DNA from: Macrostomum lignano
Taxonomy: Eukaryota
Assembly: GCA_002269645.1 (NCBI GenBank)
Contig: NIVC01000272.1
Location: 186,001 to 250,000, forward strand
Length of the DNA stretch: 64,000 nt
Reading direction: 5' to 3'
The notes below the pieces were generated by a model. That model made no database searches, had not been told where the DNA came from, and saw only the letters and a list, made by a program, of their open reading frames with translations. Below, in pieces: positions 1 through 13,000 of the stretch (position 1 is the first letter of the stretch; every line of letters begins with the position of its first letter). The translations under genes were made by a program, and so were the position numbers.

Positions 1-159
<159 letters not shown>

Positions 160-699
160 CCCCCAACACTATCCCGATGAATTGCAGCAGGTAAAAGTTT
201 CAAATTGTTTGCCGCCTTTTCACGTCTGCATTTCTATGCATCCCACATAGGAGGCGGGAAGGTTCAGTAAAATGGGAACAGGGTGCCGCAGCCTTCATGA
301 ATCCCTCATTCCCAGGGGCATTTCTTGTTTTGCCGACAGCAGCAGCCGCCTCCGCTGCCTCTTTCTCTGCCAGATGATGAATGAAAGTCCCACGCTGAAT
401 CGCCCTGTTTCAGCTCTGCTTGTTCTTCACCTGTTTAACCTGCCGCCTCCTGGCCCGAAATTCTATCATCTGTTCAGAGGTAAACTGCGTTTCTTTCTTC
501 TCCGCGCATCGTTTTTTGAACTTCAGTGGCGATTCCGCTTAGCCTGAGGAACTGGGTGCTAGCGAATGCGCTACATATCGGCGCTTGACACGAAAATACG
601 ATTTTTTGAGAACCTGAACCCGAGTCGACAGAAACTTTCCCGGTTCTGTCTGTTCTCCTCTCCTTCCTCTGCTTTTTCTGGCTGAACTTTCTGAACTCT

Positions 700-1072
700 T
701 CTCTCTCCCCTCTCCCACTTTATCTGATCTCCTCTCCCTCTCTCACTTCATCTCATCTCTGCTGTCTTCTCTCCTCTCTCTTTTCTCATCTCTCCTTTCT
801 TATCTCTTCTTTATAATATCTCCTCTCCTCTCCCATCTCTCCTGTCTCTCCTCTCTCCTCTCTCCTCTCTCATCTCTCCTTTCTCATCTCTCCTCTCTCC
901 TCTCTCCTTTCTCCTCTCTCCTCTCTCCTCTCTCCTCTCTCCTCTCTCTTCTCTTCTCTCTCCTCTCTCATCTCTCCTCTCTCCTCTCTCCTCTCTCCCC
1001 TCTCATCTCTCCTTTCTCCTCTCTCATCTCTCCTCTCTCCTTTCTCCTCTCTCCTCTCTCTCTCTCCTCTTC
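700..1072. repeat. CT-rich low-complexity tract
   Basis: ctctcct/ctctc repeats. Confidence 0.9.
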
Positions 1073-1551
1073 CCTCAGAATTTTGCCTAAAATAACGCAA
1101 TGAATTTCCTACGCCAAATGCGGCAGCCAATTTCAAGCAAGTTTTGATTCCGCAGGCATTCAGTCAGCCAGATAGGCTGAGAGCGTGGCTCAATCAGACG
1201 TGAGGCAATGTCCGCATTCACTCTGAGCCTCATTCATTCCACCCACTCCGTCCGCTTGAAGTTACGCACCGGGGCGTGCGATGCGGCTGAAACACTGGCG
1301 GAGCCGGAATTAGAAATTGCAGTATTTATGGATGCATCGCCTGTTGCTGGCACTGGGGTACCCTACTGTCAACTCTCACAATTCAAAACCTAATGCCAAT
1401 TCTCTTCAGTTGCCTGTCTACATATGCATCCTCTACTATGCGGAAGTCTGTGGTGCCAATGGGCTCAGCGTGCGGCCGGAGCAGCTTTGAGCAGGGAAGT
1501 TGAGAGCAGATAGGGATGGCTGGATTTTTAGGCTGCAACCGAGGACAATGG

Positions 1552-1682
1552 TACTACTAAGGGCCCCTTGGCATCAAGCAACTGTGGTGATCGGTGCCGA
1601 GCATCGTCAGCCAATGAGAGCCGAGGTGGGTTGACACCCACCTCACCTTTAAAAATCGGTCTAACGGGGGCCCTTAGTAGTA
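1552..1682. other. 16-bp inverted repeat pair enclosing a 9-bp-stem hairpin
   Basis: tactactaagggcccc (1552-1567) / ggggcccttagtagta (1667-1682); internal gaggtgggt-tgac-acccacctc (1623-1644). Confidence 0.7.
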
Positions 1683-1727
1683 ACGGTTTTCAGCGTCCTT
1701 GCTTCTTGATCAGGACCAGACCATTCG

Positions 1728-2158
1728 CTACCACCAGCAACCCAGGCCTTCGGTCCTCGGTACGCTTAGATAAGATTAGATAAGAGCAGGCTGTCACCAC
1801 CAACAACCCAGGCCTTCGGTCCTCGGTACGCTTAGATAAGATTAGATAAGAGCAGGCTGCCACCACCAACAACCCAGGCCTTCGGTCCTCGGTACGCTTA
1901 GATAAGATTAGATAAGAGCAGGATGCCGCCACCAACAACCCAGGCTCTCGGTCCTCGGTGCGCTTAGATAAGATTAGATAAGAGCAGGCTGCCACCACCA
2001 ACAACCCAGGCTCTCGGTCCTCGGTGCGCTTAGATAAGATTAGATAAGAGCAGGCTGCCACCACCAACAACCCAGGCTCTCGGTCCTCGGTACGCTTAGA
2101 TAAGATTAGATAAGAGCAGGCTGCCACCACCAACAACCCAGGCTCTCGGTCCTCGGTG
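1728..2158. repeat. 66-bp minisatellite, about 6.5 copies, each with TTAGATAAGATTAGATAAGA
   Basis: Unit ccaccaccaacaacccaggctctcggtcctcggtgcgcttagataagattagataagagcaggctg; 22-aa periodicity in the 1690..2136 ORF. Confidence 0.95.
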
Positions 2159-3177
2159 CCATCGAGTCTCGCAATTCAAATCTGGCAGTCACCGAAACCA
2201 AAACAGGACGGCTCGTTGGAAGTTTCCTGAGCAAGCAGCCGAGTCAACGATTCGCACTGCCTAACGAGCAGTACTTATACGGCCATTTGTCTCGTTCGCT
2301 CCCACTCTCCGCTCCTCCTTCCTTTTCATCCCACTTCTCTTCTCTTAGTTCGGGTGGCTGAGGAGCTCAACTCTAAGCAAAAGTGGAGCTCCCGATTTTG
2401 GCACACTTGCTCCTGCAAGCGTGTAATTTCACCAATCAGTCAGGCGAAGTTGGGAGCCGCGCATCCCGCCAGCCCCCACCCACGCCACAAGGCAGCACAG
2501 CGGAATCCTCACACAAACAAGCTCGTTGGCAAATGCAATCAACACGCGAGGAAGAAAGGCGCCCCCCCCCAGTCTCAGCCCCAGCAGCCAGCCTGACTCG
2601 CCGGCTAAGCGTGCAGTCGTGCCGTCGGTTGAGACAGGAGGAGGAGGCGACGCAGACAGGCAGACAGCCTTTCTAACTCTGGCGAAGATCTCGCGAGTTG
2701 CAAAGTGCAGCCACTTGCTCTCCTACACTCTGCTTAGAGTTTCAAACCTTTTCCCTATCTATTTCTCATCTGCTTCTCAACGAGTCCACTTCTAAAGTAC
2801 TTTTTAACCTGCTTCTCTGATAGTTTTCATCTGGTTCTAGTCCATCCTCTGCGTCGGCTTCTCATATATATTTTTTGATCTGCTGATCCAGCAGTCCGAG
2901 CATAGCTGTCACCGTGAATACTGATAGATCTCGGCGCAATCGACTGACTTTTCCCACAACTGGAAACCGCATGGTCATTGGTTCTCGCGGCTCCAGCCAA
3001 TGTCCGACTGCCTTGGGCTTCTTCTGGCTGCAACTAAAAATCAAGCGGCGGAGAATCCCGACCTGCGCAGGTGCAGCCGCCGCTGAGAAGTTCTCCCTTA
3101 GAGAAAATTCCGAAACCTACAACGGGATTTCAACTCCCAGACGACCAGCGGCACAGCAGAGCAGCTGCCAACCCGCC

Positions 3178-4015
3178 ATGCTGCTGTGGTTTCTCGCCGC
3201 CGCTGCCGCCTCCATCGCCTCGACCGCCGCGGACCGGACCGGCTTCTCCGCCGCTCTCAGCGGCAACAGCTCCTACTTGACCCTGCCGGCCTGGCAGCCC
3301 TGCCCCAGCGCCAGCCTGGAGTTCGAGTTCCGCACCGCCAGCCACTCCGCACTGCTGCTGTACGCCGAGCTGCGCGAGCCGGGCGCCAACCTCAGCCGCA
3401 AGGCCGCCATGTTCCTGCACGCGAGACTGGCCAAGGGCAGGCTCAAGGTCAGCCTGCGCCTGAGCCCCGCCGAAGCCTCCGGCGGCCTCCCGCTGCATCG
3501 GCCAGATATTGTCAGCCTGGGCAGCTTCGCCAAGGCCGCAGGCGGCGCCGGCAAGTTCGCCCGGGTCGGCATTCGCGTCGGCGACGGCTTCGTCCGGGTC
3601 GACTTCGGCAACCGCACGGAGACGCTGCGGACTGCCGGTTCGCGGCGGCCTCCCCGCGTCTGGACGGCCGCCAGCCCCGTTCACTTCGGAGGCCTGCCGC
3701 CGCAGCTCCGGGTGGACGCCACCCAGCGGACCGTCTTCATGGCAGCCTTCGAGAAGGCGCTGCAGGGCCAGCTGAGGAACATCGTGTACGCCGACTGCCC
3801 CGACGCTGAGACCGCCGCGGCTTCGACTTCGATGTCGAATCGCGTCGCTCGGGCGCCGCAGCCGCTGTCGAGCGCCGGTGCCGGCGTCCTTCAGCACCCA
3901 GCTGCCTGCAGCGGCGACCCCTGTCGGAATGGCGGCGTCTGTCTCGCTGTCGACGACCCCGACGATCGGCGCTGCCGCTGCCAGGAGGAGTTCGATGGCG
4001 GCAGATGCGAAAATC
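3178..4015 (+). CDS. Nrx-1: neurexin exon 1: signal peptide, LNS1, EGF1
   Basis: gccATG context; [18 protein letters not shown] signal-like; [22 protein letters not shown] motif; [25 protein letters not shown]; donor C|GTGAG, phase 1. Confidence 0.92.
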
Positions 4016-7000
4016 GTGAGAACTGCTCGCTCATAGAGAGTTTGCTAAGTGGTCTTGTGAGAAGTTTACAGTAAATTACAGTAAAGCGAGAGAGTGAGCA
4101 AAGATTTCCGCTGCCCTCTGTGACTGTGTACAGTCTGAGGCGGTACACACTAAGTGACTGTTGGCCTTATGTACCTGTACGCTACCGTGAGAGCGTAACA
4201 GCTCACGGGTCAGGCATGAGAGTGGGCGTGACGACTGTTTGTCTTCTCTCAGGCAACCTTGTCGTCTTAATCCTCGACTGCGCTCACAGCAACCTTTCCA
4301 ACTAGCCAGCTACCCCCCCCCCCAGACTTTACTCCGACAATTGATTAGTGATCTGAAACAATATTTTTAGGGATGGGGAACAGACCAAGCCTTAAAAAGG
4401 AACTTTGCGTCCCCCATTTTTTTTTATCTTGTTACGCCAAATGCCAGCTGCGCAATTAATCTGCGCTAACAATCTTTACGCAAAATTTGACCTTTGCCCC
4501 GCCAGGGCATCTAAAATATTTTTCTTGCATCGACAGCGGGTTTGCACACAGACAGGCTGTCCCCTGCCCCGGCCCGATGAGGCTGTCTGCAGCAGCGGGT
4601 GTCGGCTTCCGGCAGCGCAGCGTCTCCGGTTGCAATCCAGTTTTTTAATGGGCAGTGGGCTGGGGCTCGTACCAGTGTATTTGTGTTCCTGTGCGCCCGG
4701 ATTCGGGGCCGCCTGCGCCCATTTCGCCACGCCACTCTGCCTGTCTTTGGCTCCGGGCTCCCGGGCCTCTCCGAACTCTGCGGCTTTCTTCATCATTGAA
4801 GCGCGGAGGCGGTGTTTGGCACAGGGATCGCGGCGGGACTGGAAAAGTGAATGGAGGACTTGAGGGGAGATCCCTACATCTGGCTGGGGATCTTTACTAG
4901 ATGCAATATTCCTTTTTCCCAATCCAAATCCCCTTACCTGCAGTGGCGTCCCCGCCCGCGTCTCCTTCCCTCGTTAAATCCGGAGAAAGGCGGGCCGCGC
5001 GGAGAGACTGACTGCTGACAGTTGTCCCCGCGCCAGCCCGTTATTTTCTCAGCGTGACATCTGGGCGCATGAGAAGCGACAGGAGCGGCTGAGGGGATGG
5101 AGGCGGGTGGGCGAAAATGGGCTGCGGGGATCATCGGGTAAATGGCGGCAACACGCGACTGCGCAGACGCCGCTACAGGTTATTATTCGGGAGGGAGACT
5201 GTACAGATGATGAGGTGGCTGAAGGATGGCCATGACGTCTGATGTCTGGCGAAGTCCGGATGTGCGGAGCAAATTTGACTATCACATGATTGACAACAAT
5301 TTGGAAACCCAGAGCCGCCGTACACCCTGTGAATTACCTCAGCGGACGATGTCGCCAACCGCAGACCTCCAGCGAATATTTATTTTATGTTTTACATTAC
5401 CATCGACTCACCCAATTCAATCCGTTATTAATTATTTCTGGCGCAAGCACCTTACTCGGGTTAAGCCTTCTCTAGTAGCGCTGGCCTCAGTCCTGTCAAT
5501 CTGGCTGGCTCAGGACACGTGAGCTGCCCGGATACTTTTCTCCCAAAGCTGTGGGAAAGACTTGGAAGTGCTGGGAAATCTCCGGTGATCGCAGCGTAAC
5601 CAATGAGGTGGGATTGTGCTAATCCGCTTAGCTTGACCCGAGCCGGTGAGCTCACCGGGTCGGGCGGCCGAGCGGTGCCCAGCGGTGGGATTTCTACACA
5701 GGAATTTTCTTCAACCTCGAGACTGTTGACTCAACCAGCTGTAACTTGAGAAGCCTGGGCTGGCTGGTCTTCGCACTTGGAAACAGGCCGGCCCCGAGCA
5801 GCTTGGGGCCGAGTGCTTGGCGAGTAGGGAAAGAAAGAAGCGCCTGGCTAGCCGATGCTGGCTAGAATGGTCAAATCAAAGTGCGCGTGGCCACTCTGAT
5901 GCCGCTGAACAGCTGGAGGCCCGGCGCACCTCGCCAGCTGGGAACGCCTCAAGCGGAGTCCCCCCCAGCCTCTCCAGCCCGTCTCCCCTTCTCGGTTGGT
6001 TTCTTAGAAAAAAGTCGTCCATCTCCAGGCTTGGGGTGGCCCGGGCCGCATCCCCCCTGCCGAGCCCGGCCCTGCTAAGCTTCAGGCCGCGGCGCTGGGA
6101 ACTGGAGTTAATTAAGCAACTGGCAACAGCTTCATCTCCACTTTCCCGCGAATTCTGCCAGCAGGCCTCGGATATTAGAGAAAATAAGCCAATGTTTTGG
6201 CGTTTTGTCGAGTTCGATGCCTATTTGGTTGCTAAGAAGGCGGGCGATACGGGGGCTGCGGCTGTGCAGTGCAAGCCGCAAGGCACGATCTGAGGGTCCC
6301 GGACCCGCCGGAGACTGGGAGGGCGGCCTCCGGAGTAGGGGGGGGATAAAATGAGAAGAGCAAACAGCCACGAAAGCAAATTTTGCCCTTTTTTCCCTTT
6401 TCTTATTTTGCTTTCGCTTTCCACATCCCCGCGCAGATGCCGCCCTTCTCACGGAGCGGCCAGGCGGTTGGAGAAAGGGAGAGAAAGCCGCTGGATGAGG
6501 CGTCAGTGAAGCTGGGACCAGTTAGACTTTTCCTCCAGCCTCCCGATCCTTGGGATGAAGATTAGCCCGTGCAGCGGGGCGAACAAGTCAGTGAATTATT
6601 CAGCAGCCTTTCAGACCAATAATGCAATAAAATATAATATTTCCTTCGACCTGCAGCAGCAGCCAAAGCAATCTTCCCTGTCATTATATTTTTGTTTTAA
6701 TAAACCTTGCACTAATTGGGACTCAGATTTCTTAACTGGTCCTGCCGGCCTCGAGAGCAGAAAGTTTTGCCGTGAGCTCACGGCTGAGCCCAAATGAATT
6801 GCTCAACTTCTGTCTTACTAGCTCTCGGTTTTCACTCTTAGCGACAGGCCAGAGACGCTGATCCTCCTCCCAAATTCTAATAGCTACATGCGGTGGCCAC
6901 TGCATCGCCCAGTTGCATTGTGCCCTTCACTTCCATGCTGATGGATGGAGCATGCATTATTTATGGCGCTCTGCTGCACCCCCATGACTGACTCCGCGCC

Positions 7001-10000
7001 TCCTTCGGGCCTCCTCAGCTGGCTGCGTCTCCAGTCAGCCGGCCACCTTCGCCGCAGCCCCCGCCTTCTCCTCGCACGATAAAAGGAGAAGATAAAAGGC
7101 AAGCGCGATCCCCAGCCCCGAAACAGAAGTGGAAAGAGACACAGCAAGGTCAGTGGGGACCACCCAAAGATGAAGTGGCTGAGCCGCTCCCAGCCTCCTC
7201 TTTCTGTTTAAGTTCGGGCGTATCGCATGGGACTCGATCAAAAGAGGAAAATGGCCAGCCGGGACGCTGAGGGGATCTGCTGTCCCCAGCCAAGCCGAGG
7301 AGCTTTTCCTGCTCTGATCCTCTGAGAGGCCGCCCACTGCCCCAGCGACTGGTCGTGTGTTCCTGGCGGGGCCGGCTGCCCCCACTATCCTCTTTGCGGC
7401 CTGATCCCACTGCCACTGCAGATCTCCCTCCACTCTGCCACTGCAGATCTCCCTCCACTCTGCCACTGCAGATCTCCCTCCACTCTGCCACTGCAGATCT
7501 CCCTCCACTCTGCCACTGCAGATCTCCCTCCACTCTGCCACTGCAGATCTCCCTCCACTCTGCCACTGCAGATCTCCCTCCACTCTGCCACTGCAGATCT
7601 CCCTCCACTCTGCCACTGCAGATCTCCCTCCACTCTGCCACTGCAGATCTCCCTCCACTCTGCCACTGCAGATCTCCCTCCACTCTGCCACTGCAGATCT
7701 CCCTCCACTCTGCCACTGCAGATCTCCCTCCACTCTGCCACTGCAGATCTCCCTCCACTCTGCCACTGCAGATCTCCCTCCACTCTGCCACTGCAGATCT
7801 CCCTCCACTCTGCCACTGCAGATCTCCCTCCACTCTGCCACTGCAGATCTCCCTCCACTCTGCCACTGCAGATCTCCCTCCACTCTGCCACTGCAGATCT
7901 CCCTCCACTCTGCCACTGCAGATCTCCCTCCACTCTGCCACTGCAGATCTCCCTCCACTCTGCCACTGCAGATCTCCCTCCACTCTGCCACTGCAGATCT
8001 CCCTCCACTCTGCCACTGCAGATCTCCCTCCACTCTGCCACTGCAGATCTCCCTCCACTCTGCCACTGCAGATCTCCCTCCACTCTGCCACTGCAGATCT
8101 CCCTCCAATCTGCCACTGCAGATCTCCCTCCACTCTGCCACTGCAGATCTCCCTCCACTCTGCCACTGCAGATCTCCCTCCACTGTGCCACTGCAGATCT
8201 CCCTCCACTCTGCCACTGCAGATCTCCCTCCAATCTGCCTCTCACTCTGCCTCTCACTTTGCCTCTCACTCTGCCACTCACTCTGCCTCTCATTCTGCTT
8301 CTCACTCTGCCTATCACTCTGCCTCTCACTCTGCCTCTCACTCTGCCACTCACTCTGCCACTCACTCTGCCTCTCACTCTGCCTCTCACTCTGCCACTCA
8401 CTCTGCCTCTCCTCTGCCTCTCACTCTGCCACTCACTCTGCCACTCACTCTGCCTCTCACTCTGCCTCTCACTCTGCCTCTCACTCTCCCTCTCACTCTG
8501 CCTCTCACTCTGCCTATCACTCTGCCTCTCCTCTGCCTCTCACTCTGCCACTCACTCTGCCTCTCATTCTGCTTCTCACTCTGCCTCTCACTCTGCCTCT
8601 CACTCTGCCTCTCACTCTCCCTCTCACTCTGCCACTCACTCTGCCACTCACTCTGCCTCTCACTCTGCCTCTCACTCTGCCTCTCACTCTCCCTCTCACT
8701 CTGCCTCTCACTCTGCCTATCACTCTGCCTCTCACTCTGCCTCTCACTCTGCCACTCACTCTGCCTCTCACTCTGCCTCTCATTCTGCTTCTCACTCTGC
8801 CTCTCACTCTGCCTCTCACTCTGCCTCTCACTCTGCCACTCACTCTGCCTCTCATTCTGCTTCTCACTCTGCCTATTACTCTGCCTCTCACTCTGCCTCT
8901 CACTCTGCCACTCACTCTGCCACTCACTCTGCCTCTCACTCTGCCTCTCACTCTGCCTCTCACTCTGCCTCTCCTCTGCCTCTCACTCTGCCACTCACTC
9001 TGCCACTCACTCTGCCTCTCACTCTGCCTCTCACTCTGCCTCTCACTCTCCCTCTCACTCTGCCTCTCACTCTGCCTATCACTCTGCCTCTCACTCTGCC
9101 TCTCACTCTGCCACTCACTCTGCCTCTCACTCTGCCACTCACTCTGCCTCTCACTCTGCCTCTCACTCTGCCTCTCACTCTGCCTATCACTCTGCCTCTC
9201 ACTCTGCCTCTCACTCTGCCTCTCACTCTGCCTCTCACTCTGCCTCTCACTCTGCCTCTCACTCTGCCTATCACTCTGCCTCTCACTCTGCCTCTCACTC
9301 TGCCACTCACTCTGCCTCTCATTCTGCTTCTCACTCTGCCTCTCACTCTGCCTCTCACTCTGCCTCTCACTCTGCCTCTCACTCTGCCTCTCACTCTGCC
9401 TCTCACTCTGCCTCTCACTCTGCCTCTCACTCTGCCTCTCACTCTGCTACTCTAACTTTCTTTTTGCCTCTCAGTCTCTCTATCTCAGATATAATAGAAA
9501 TCGAGATGCAGTGATTTGCAGAGTGATGCGGAGAATGGGACGCAAAGTGAGACGCAGAGTGAAGTGGAGGGTGAGACGGAGAGTGAGACGGAGAGTGAGA
9601 CGGAGAGTGAGACGGAGAGTGAGACGGAGAGTGAGACGGAGAGTGAGACGGAGAGTGAGACGGAGAGTGAGACGGAGAGTGAGACGGAGAGTGAGACGGA
9701 GAGTGAGACGGAGAGTGAGACGGAGAGTGAGACGGAGAGTGAGACGGAGAGTGAGACGGAGAGTGAGACGGAGAGTGAGACGGAGAGTGAGACGGAGAGT
9801 GAGACGGAGAGTGCGATGTCATCCTATTCCATCTCCTAAGTTTCTGTTTGTCATCAGTTCCAACTTTCAATTCTCCCATTATCGCTTCTCCCCCTTCGCC
9901 TCCACGCCAGGGATAATTCGAAAGGAGATTTCCAGCTGGGCCCATCAAATTCTAATGCACGAAAATGTATATTTTTTCGACCAGCTTAAGAAAAGATTTC

Positions 10001-13000
10001 GCTTTGTCAGTCCGGGCAGTCCAACAAATCAATTCATGTCGCCCTCGCTTCTGCCTCTGGGCATCGATTTTCCTGTGGAATGAAGAAAGTCTGCAAATCC
10101 GAGACCTCGAGCCCAGCCCGAGCAGCATTTAGCGGCACTTTGAGCGCAGCAGACATTTTTTGCCCATCTCGGACTCGGACACGAATTCGCCCGGCCGAAT
10201 TCGCCTGATCTCAGTGTACTTTTGGCCTGGATTGGCCCGGTCGGACTTTCCAGTTTTGGAATCCTCGCTGCGATGCCAATTTCAATGAGAGAAACAGAGA
10301 GGGGTGGCCCCCCCTCAGTCACCTGCTGCCTGCGCTGTTGCTATGCCGGAAAGATAGTGAAAACGGGCTTCGAGTTTGCCTGCCCTTGCCGTGCCTGTCA
10401 GGCTGCGGTTTAACTGCAGTTTGGGGGCGATAAACACTCGCGAAACACTCTGTGTAGCCCAGCTCCCCCCGACTGCCACACAGCACCTTTTCATTATTGC
10501 TATCAATTGGGCAGCTTAGTATTAACTGTGGCTTCACTGACAGTCTGACATTTGGGGAGAACCCTGCCTCCCTCCTGTGCCCTACTAATGTTCCACTACT
10601 TCTCTCTCATTATCTCCCATTTCTATTCTCCTTCTCCCCGGCTTCTCTATCTGCTTCTTCATCTCCTCTTCTCCCTCTCTCTACCCCTCTCCATCTCCCT
10701 CTCCTTTGGCATCAACCTCCCCCTCTCCCTCTCTACTCATTCTTCGTCTCACTCTACATCTTCTTCTCCCTCTCCCTCTCCCTCTCCTTCTCCCTCTCCT
10801 TCTCCCTCACCACCACCCTCTACTTTACCCTCTCCTCTCCTCTCTCCTTTTCTCCCTTTCCCTCTCCATCACTCTCTTCTTATTCCTCTCCCTCTCCTTC
10901 TCCCTCTCCATCTCCCTCTCCATCTCCCTATCCATCTCCCTCTCCATCTCCCTCTCCATCTCCCTCTCCATCTCCCTCTCCATCTCCCTCTCCATCTCCC
11001 TCTCCATCTCCCTCTCCATCTCCCTCTCCATCTCCCTCTACATCTCCTTCTCCATCTCCCTCTCCTTTTCCTTCTCCTTTTCCCTCAACATCTCCTTTCT
11101 TTCCTTCTCTTTCTGCCCCGTCTTCCCAGTAAACAATTTCCTGTCGAATAATTAGACTTTTACGGGAAATGTTCTATCCTAAACGCTCTCAAGCGGCTTC
11201 CGTCATCAAATCAGTCTGGTTTCAAAGCTTTTGGCGAATTTCAAAAGTCTGCCGACTAAAATCCTCACTGAGGGCGCCTGAAGTACCCTGGGGAATTCCA
11301 TAGCAGTGTCTGTCAACCTGACCCGCCACAAACTGGCCCTTGTGAGCCAGGCGGAATCCAATTATGAGCATCTTTTGTAGGTAAAGGAGCTGTGAGCAGT
11401 CTTACTGAACAAGAGCTGCTGAGTGACAGGCAGATTGATTTATTGACAGTTTGATTGACAGGTTGATTTATTAGATGGCAGTTTGATTGACAGGCTGATT
11501 GGTTTGTTGGCAGTTTGATTGACAGGTTGATTTATTAGATGGCAGTTTGATTGACAGGCTGATTTATTAGTTGGCAGTTTGATTGACAGGCTGATTGGTT
11601 TGTCGGCAGTTTGATTGACAGGCTGACTGGTTTTTTAGCAGATTGATTGACAGGCTGACTGGTTTTTTGGCAGATTGATTGACAGGCTGATTGGTTTGTT
11701 GGCAGTTTGATTGACAGGCTGATTGATTTATTGGCAATTTGATTCACAGGCTGATTAGTTCATTGGCAGTTTGATTGACAGGCTGATTTATTAGAAGGCA
11801 GTTTGATTGACAGGCTGATTGGTTTGCTGGCAGTTTGATTGACAGGCTGATTTATTAGATGGCAGTTTGATTGACAGGCTGATTTATTAGTTGGCAGTTT
11901 GATTGACAGGCTGATTGGTTTGTCGGCAGTTTGATTGACAGGCTGACTGGTTTTTTGGCAGATTGATTGACAGGCTGATTGGTTTGTTGGCAGTTTGATT
12001 GACAGGCTGATTGATTTATTGGCAGTTTGATTCACAGGCTGATTAGTTCATTGGCAGTTTGATTGACAGGCTGATTTATTAGAAGGCAGTTTGATTGACA
12101 GGCTGATTGGTTTGTTGGCAGTTTGATTGACAGGCTGATTTATTAGTTGGCAGTTTGATTGACAGGCTGATTTATTAGATGGCAGTTTGATTGACAGGCT
12201 GATTGATTTATTGGCAGTTTGATTGACAGGCTGATTGGTTTGTTGGCAGTTTGATTGACAGGCTGATTGGTTCATTGGCAGTTTGATTGACAGGCTGATT
12301 GATTTATTGGCAGTTTGATTGACAGGCTGATTTAGTTCATTGGCAGTTTGATTGACAGGCTGATTGGTTTGTTGCGTTGCGCTAGGTTGCCTTTTTTGAT
12401 TATTTCTTTCTTTCTGACACTTGACTGATTGACTGATTAGGAGGCTGCAAGTTGGCTGAAGCAGTTTGACAATTCTACTCTAATCAGTTTCAAGCTCATT
12501 GTGCAATTAATCTACTCAATTTGAAATAATTTGCGAAAACTCTTGTTCAACACCGACTGCGATAAAGCGGATATCCGTGCTTAAAAGATGGTGCTACGGA
12601 GCAGACGCTCATCCGGGAATTTCCTATGCGCTCGGGCCCTAATTAATTATTAATTATTTGGACGCGCAGGAAGGCAGGCGCAGCTCCCGAGCCCCCCCCC
12701 CCGTCCGCCAAGGCTGCCGCCTTCCCAGCCATTGATATAATTATCCCATTACTGGGCGCCTCCGGCGCAGGCGGCCTCAATTCAGGTTAATTGAAGGCAG
12801 CCGACGTTCACCTATGAGGCTGGGAATCTGATTAGCGAGGAGGCGAGCCCGGCAAACCGGGAGAGTTGAGGGGACGCGGAAGCGGCAGAATTGACAGCAA
12901 AGATTGGACGAATTTTAAAGCTGAAAAAATTGCCCGACAGGAAGTCATTGCCGGGATAATTTCTGCCCGCGTTTTCTCCGCTTCTGCTTTGAACACTCGG

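Noticed and set aside
4930-5290. Strong minus-strand donor (CTGCAG|GTAAGG at about 4937) with short ORFs
   Set aside because: No recognisable protein or partner exon. An antisense exon cannot be supported from sequence alone.
5643-5658. Perfect 16-bp palindrome ccggtgagctcaccgg
   Set aside because: It is isolated in GC-rich sequence with no associated element.
7035-10083. ORFs of 338-719 aa on both strands
   Set aside because: They are products of the 25- and 12-bp arrays, open in several frames, with no domain content.
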